From contig NC_092347.1 in assembly GCF_963676685.1 (NCBI RefSeq), positions 17,918,001 to 17,982,000 of the forward strand: a stretch of 64,000 nucleotides of DNA. Direction: 5' to 3'. How positions within the stretch are numbered: position 1 is the first letter of the stretch; each line of letters starts with the position of its first letter. A program made the translations under genes and the position numbers. This document shows, piece after piece, positions 62,901-64,000 of the stretch. A model generated the notes under the pieces. It worked only from the letters and a program-made list of their open reading frames with translations. It made no database searches and was not told where the DNA came from. The DNA is from Mytilus edulis (Eukaryota).

Positions 62901-63654
62901 AATAAAGTTCGGGACCACGTGAAAACTTCGACTCATCCGAAATTTCGAGTCAACCGAGTTCGAGACAACGAGAGTTAACTGTATGTATTCCCTTATAATT
63001 TTGATATTTTGGTGTACATGGTATAACAGATGATTTACTTTATTTTTATTTGAAATTTTATTTTTCAGACAATTTTTTGAAGCAGGGATTTATTTATTGC
63101 TATCATATAGTACAATTATTAGACCTCAACAGAAAAGTAAGTTATTAATTGTTAGTTATATCAAGTTTTAGAGTGCACAGACTTGTAATAATCATATCTA
63201 CAGGCCAATAGAATCTAACTAAAAGTTTTGTAAAATTCAACTTGGATCTATAGATTCAAAAGTTCAGCGTGGAGACTGCTGTGGCAAAGTGTTGTCTATT
63301 CTTTTGTTCACTGAGAATGTTGTGGTATAAACTATCCACCAGAGACCAAGTGATATAGAAGCTAGCAACTATAGGTCAACAATGAGCAAAGCCAATACAA
63401 ATGCACAATATTAGGTCCCACTTATTGTTTAGTGTTTGAATGGCAACCAACCCTGTGATAGAATGCATTAAAATCAGACAAATTACCACATTTATAGTAA
63501 TTGGTGCTTCAGAGGTATTAATTTTCACTGCAGATTCATGAAATAAAATTTAAGTGTTTTATTATTTCAGAAGTTCATTCCGACATTTCTTGTGAATTTA
63601 AAGCTTCTGGTAATATTTACCCATTTGGATACAGAACACATGCCCATAGTTTAA
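50976..63654 (+). CDS. PAM: Peptidylglycine alpha-hydroxylating monooxygenase (PHM domain of PAM), first 8 coding exons, 3' partial
   Basis: Exons 50976-51101, 54062-54116, 57509-57596, 59419-59501, 60093-60170, 61337-61388, 63069-63136 and 63571-63654, with GT/AG borders and consistent phases. Signal-peptide-like MASVDLFLYVFVTLLCLFDFGFTQA, then DEYLC, AHHILLFGC (CuH His pair), ILFAWAKNAPPLTLPKDVGF, VVQIHY (third CuH His), DRSGI, AGIYLL and PFGYRTHAHSL (CuM His pair). Monofunctional PHM versus bifunctional PAM cannot be decided from this window. Confidence 0.92.
51913..52697. mobile_element. MITE with TA target-site duplication (Tc1/mariner-type) in PAM intron 1
   Basis: TA|CTGTAAACCGGGAAATTTTCGCG ... 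CGCGAAAATTTCCCTGTTTACAG|TA. It is inserted in a repeat whose uninterrupted form is present at ~46450-46510. Confidence 0.85.
53203..54021 (+). mobile_element. HINE/DINE-1-like non-autonomous element in PAM intron 1
   Basis: 5' ttttaagctcacctggcc...ggccaagtgagc hairpin, then a (GTC)n-like tract. The 3' subterminal IR ccaaggtgagc is followed by the hairpin ggctcttaagagtc and a T run. Confidence 0.8.
54400..54564. repeat. Minisatellite, ~32-bp unit x5 (attttccaatacaaaaaaactactgtggtaat)
   Basis: Direct tandem copies with no spacers. Confidence 0.9.
57996..58992. mobile_element. ~1-kb non-autonomous TIR element with TAA TSD (PIF/Harbinger- or Zator-type) in PAM intron 3
   Basis: TAA|GGCCAGGATTTTTTAATTTGTTGGTTTACGGAT ... 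ATCCGTAAACCAACAAATTAAAAAACCGTGGCC|TAA. Confidence 0.85.
62019..62981. mobile_element. MITE with CAGT termini and TA TSD (Tc1/mariner/pogo-type) in PAM intron 6
   Basis: TA|CAGTCGACTTTCGTTATGTCGAAGTC ... GAGTTCGAGACAACGAGAGTTAACTG|TA, with ttcgactca subterminal repeats. Confidence 0.8.
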
Positions 63655-64000
63655 GTAAGTAATTATATATGTTGGAAGATATTTCAAGGTAATGATTCAA
63701 TGTTTTGTACATCTAAAACAAAAATAGATAATGGAATTATCATTCAATCTAAAACTAGTCTAGGATTTATCAATTATTATTGGCTGCCAATCAATAAATG
63801 TAGATTATATGACCTTTTTCTGTCTTTTCGTTCTTATTATCAGTTGATTATTTTCTTATGTAAGAAAAAAATAAAAATACTGTAGTCTAAGAAAAATTCT
63901 AATTGGAAAGTCCCTTATCCAATAGCAAAATCAAAAGCTCAAACACATCAAATGAATGAAAAACAACTGTCTTATTCCTGACTTGGTATAAAACATACCC

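Overview
AT-rich, intron-containing animal genomic DNA; the repeat families and gene content look like a bivalve mollusc, probably a Mytilus-type mussel (inference, no search run). Six protein-coding genes are supported. (1,2) Two tandem, intron-free archaemetzincin (AMZ2-like) metalloproteases, + strand, 3089-4243 and 4855-6000. (3) A single-exon 663-aa uncharacterised, mostly low-complexity protein, + strand. (4) A three-exon ankyrin-repeat/SOCS-box protein, + strand. (5) An eight-exon type-2 asparaginase (glycosylasparaginase/isoaspartyl-peptidase-like Ntn hydrolase) on the - strand, which the ORF track shows only as fragments. (6) The first eight coding exons of a peptidylglycine alpha-hydroxylating monooxygenase (PHM/PAM), + strand, running off the window end. 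The most unusual structure is intron 6 of the asparaginase-like gene. About 2.6 kb of it is about 30 tandem 87-bp copies of exon 6 together with its own GT donor, and only the true exon keeps the conserved Thr of the TG motif. The window also has a 349-nt hammerhead-ribozyme (retrozyme-like) unit, two further hammerhead motifs, and many nested non-autonomous transposons (Helentron/HINE-like, Helitron, MITEs, a MULE-like derivative). Exon models were built by eye from GT/AG sites, phase and protein motifs, and have no transcript support here.
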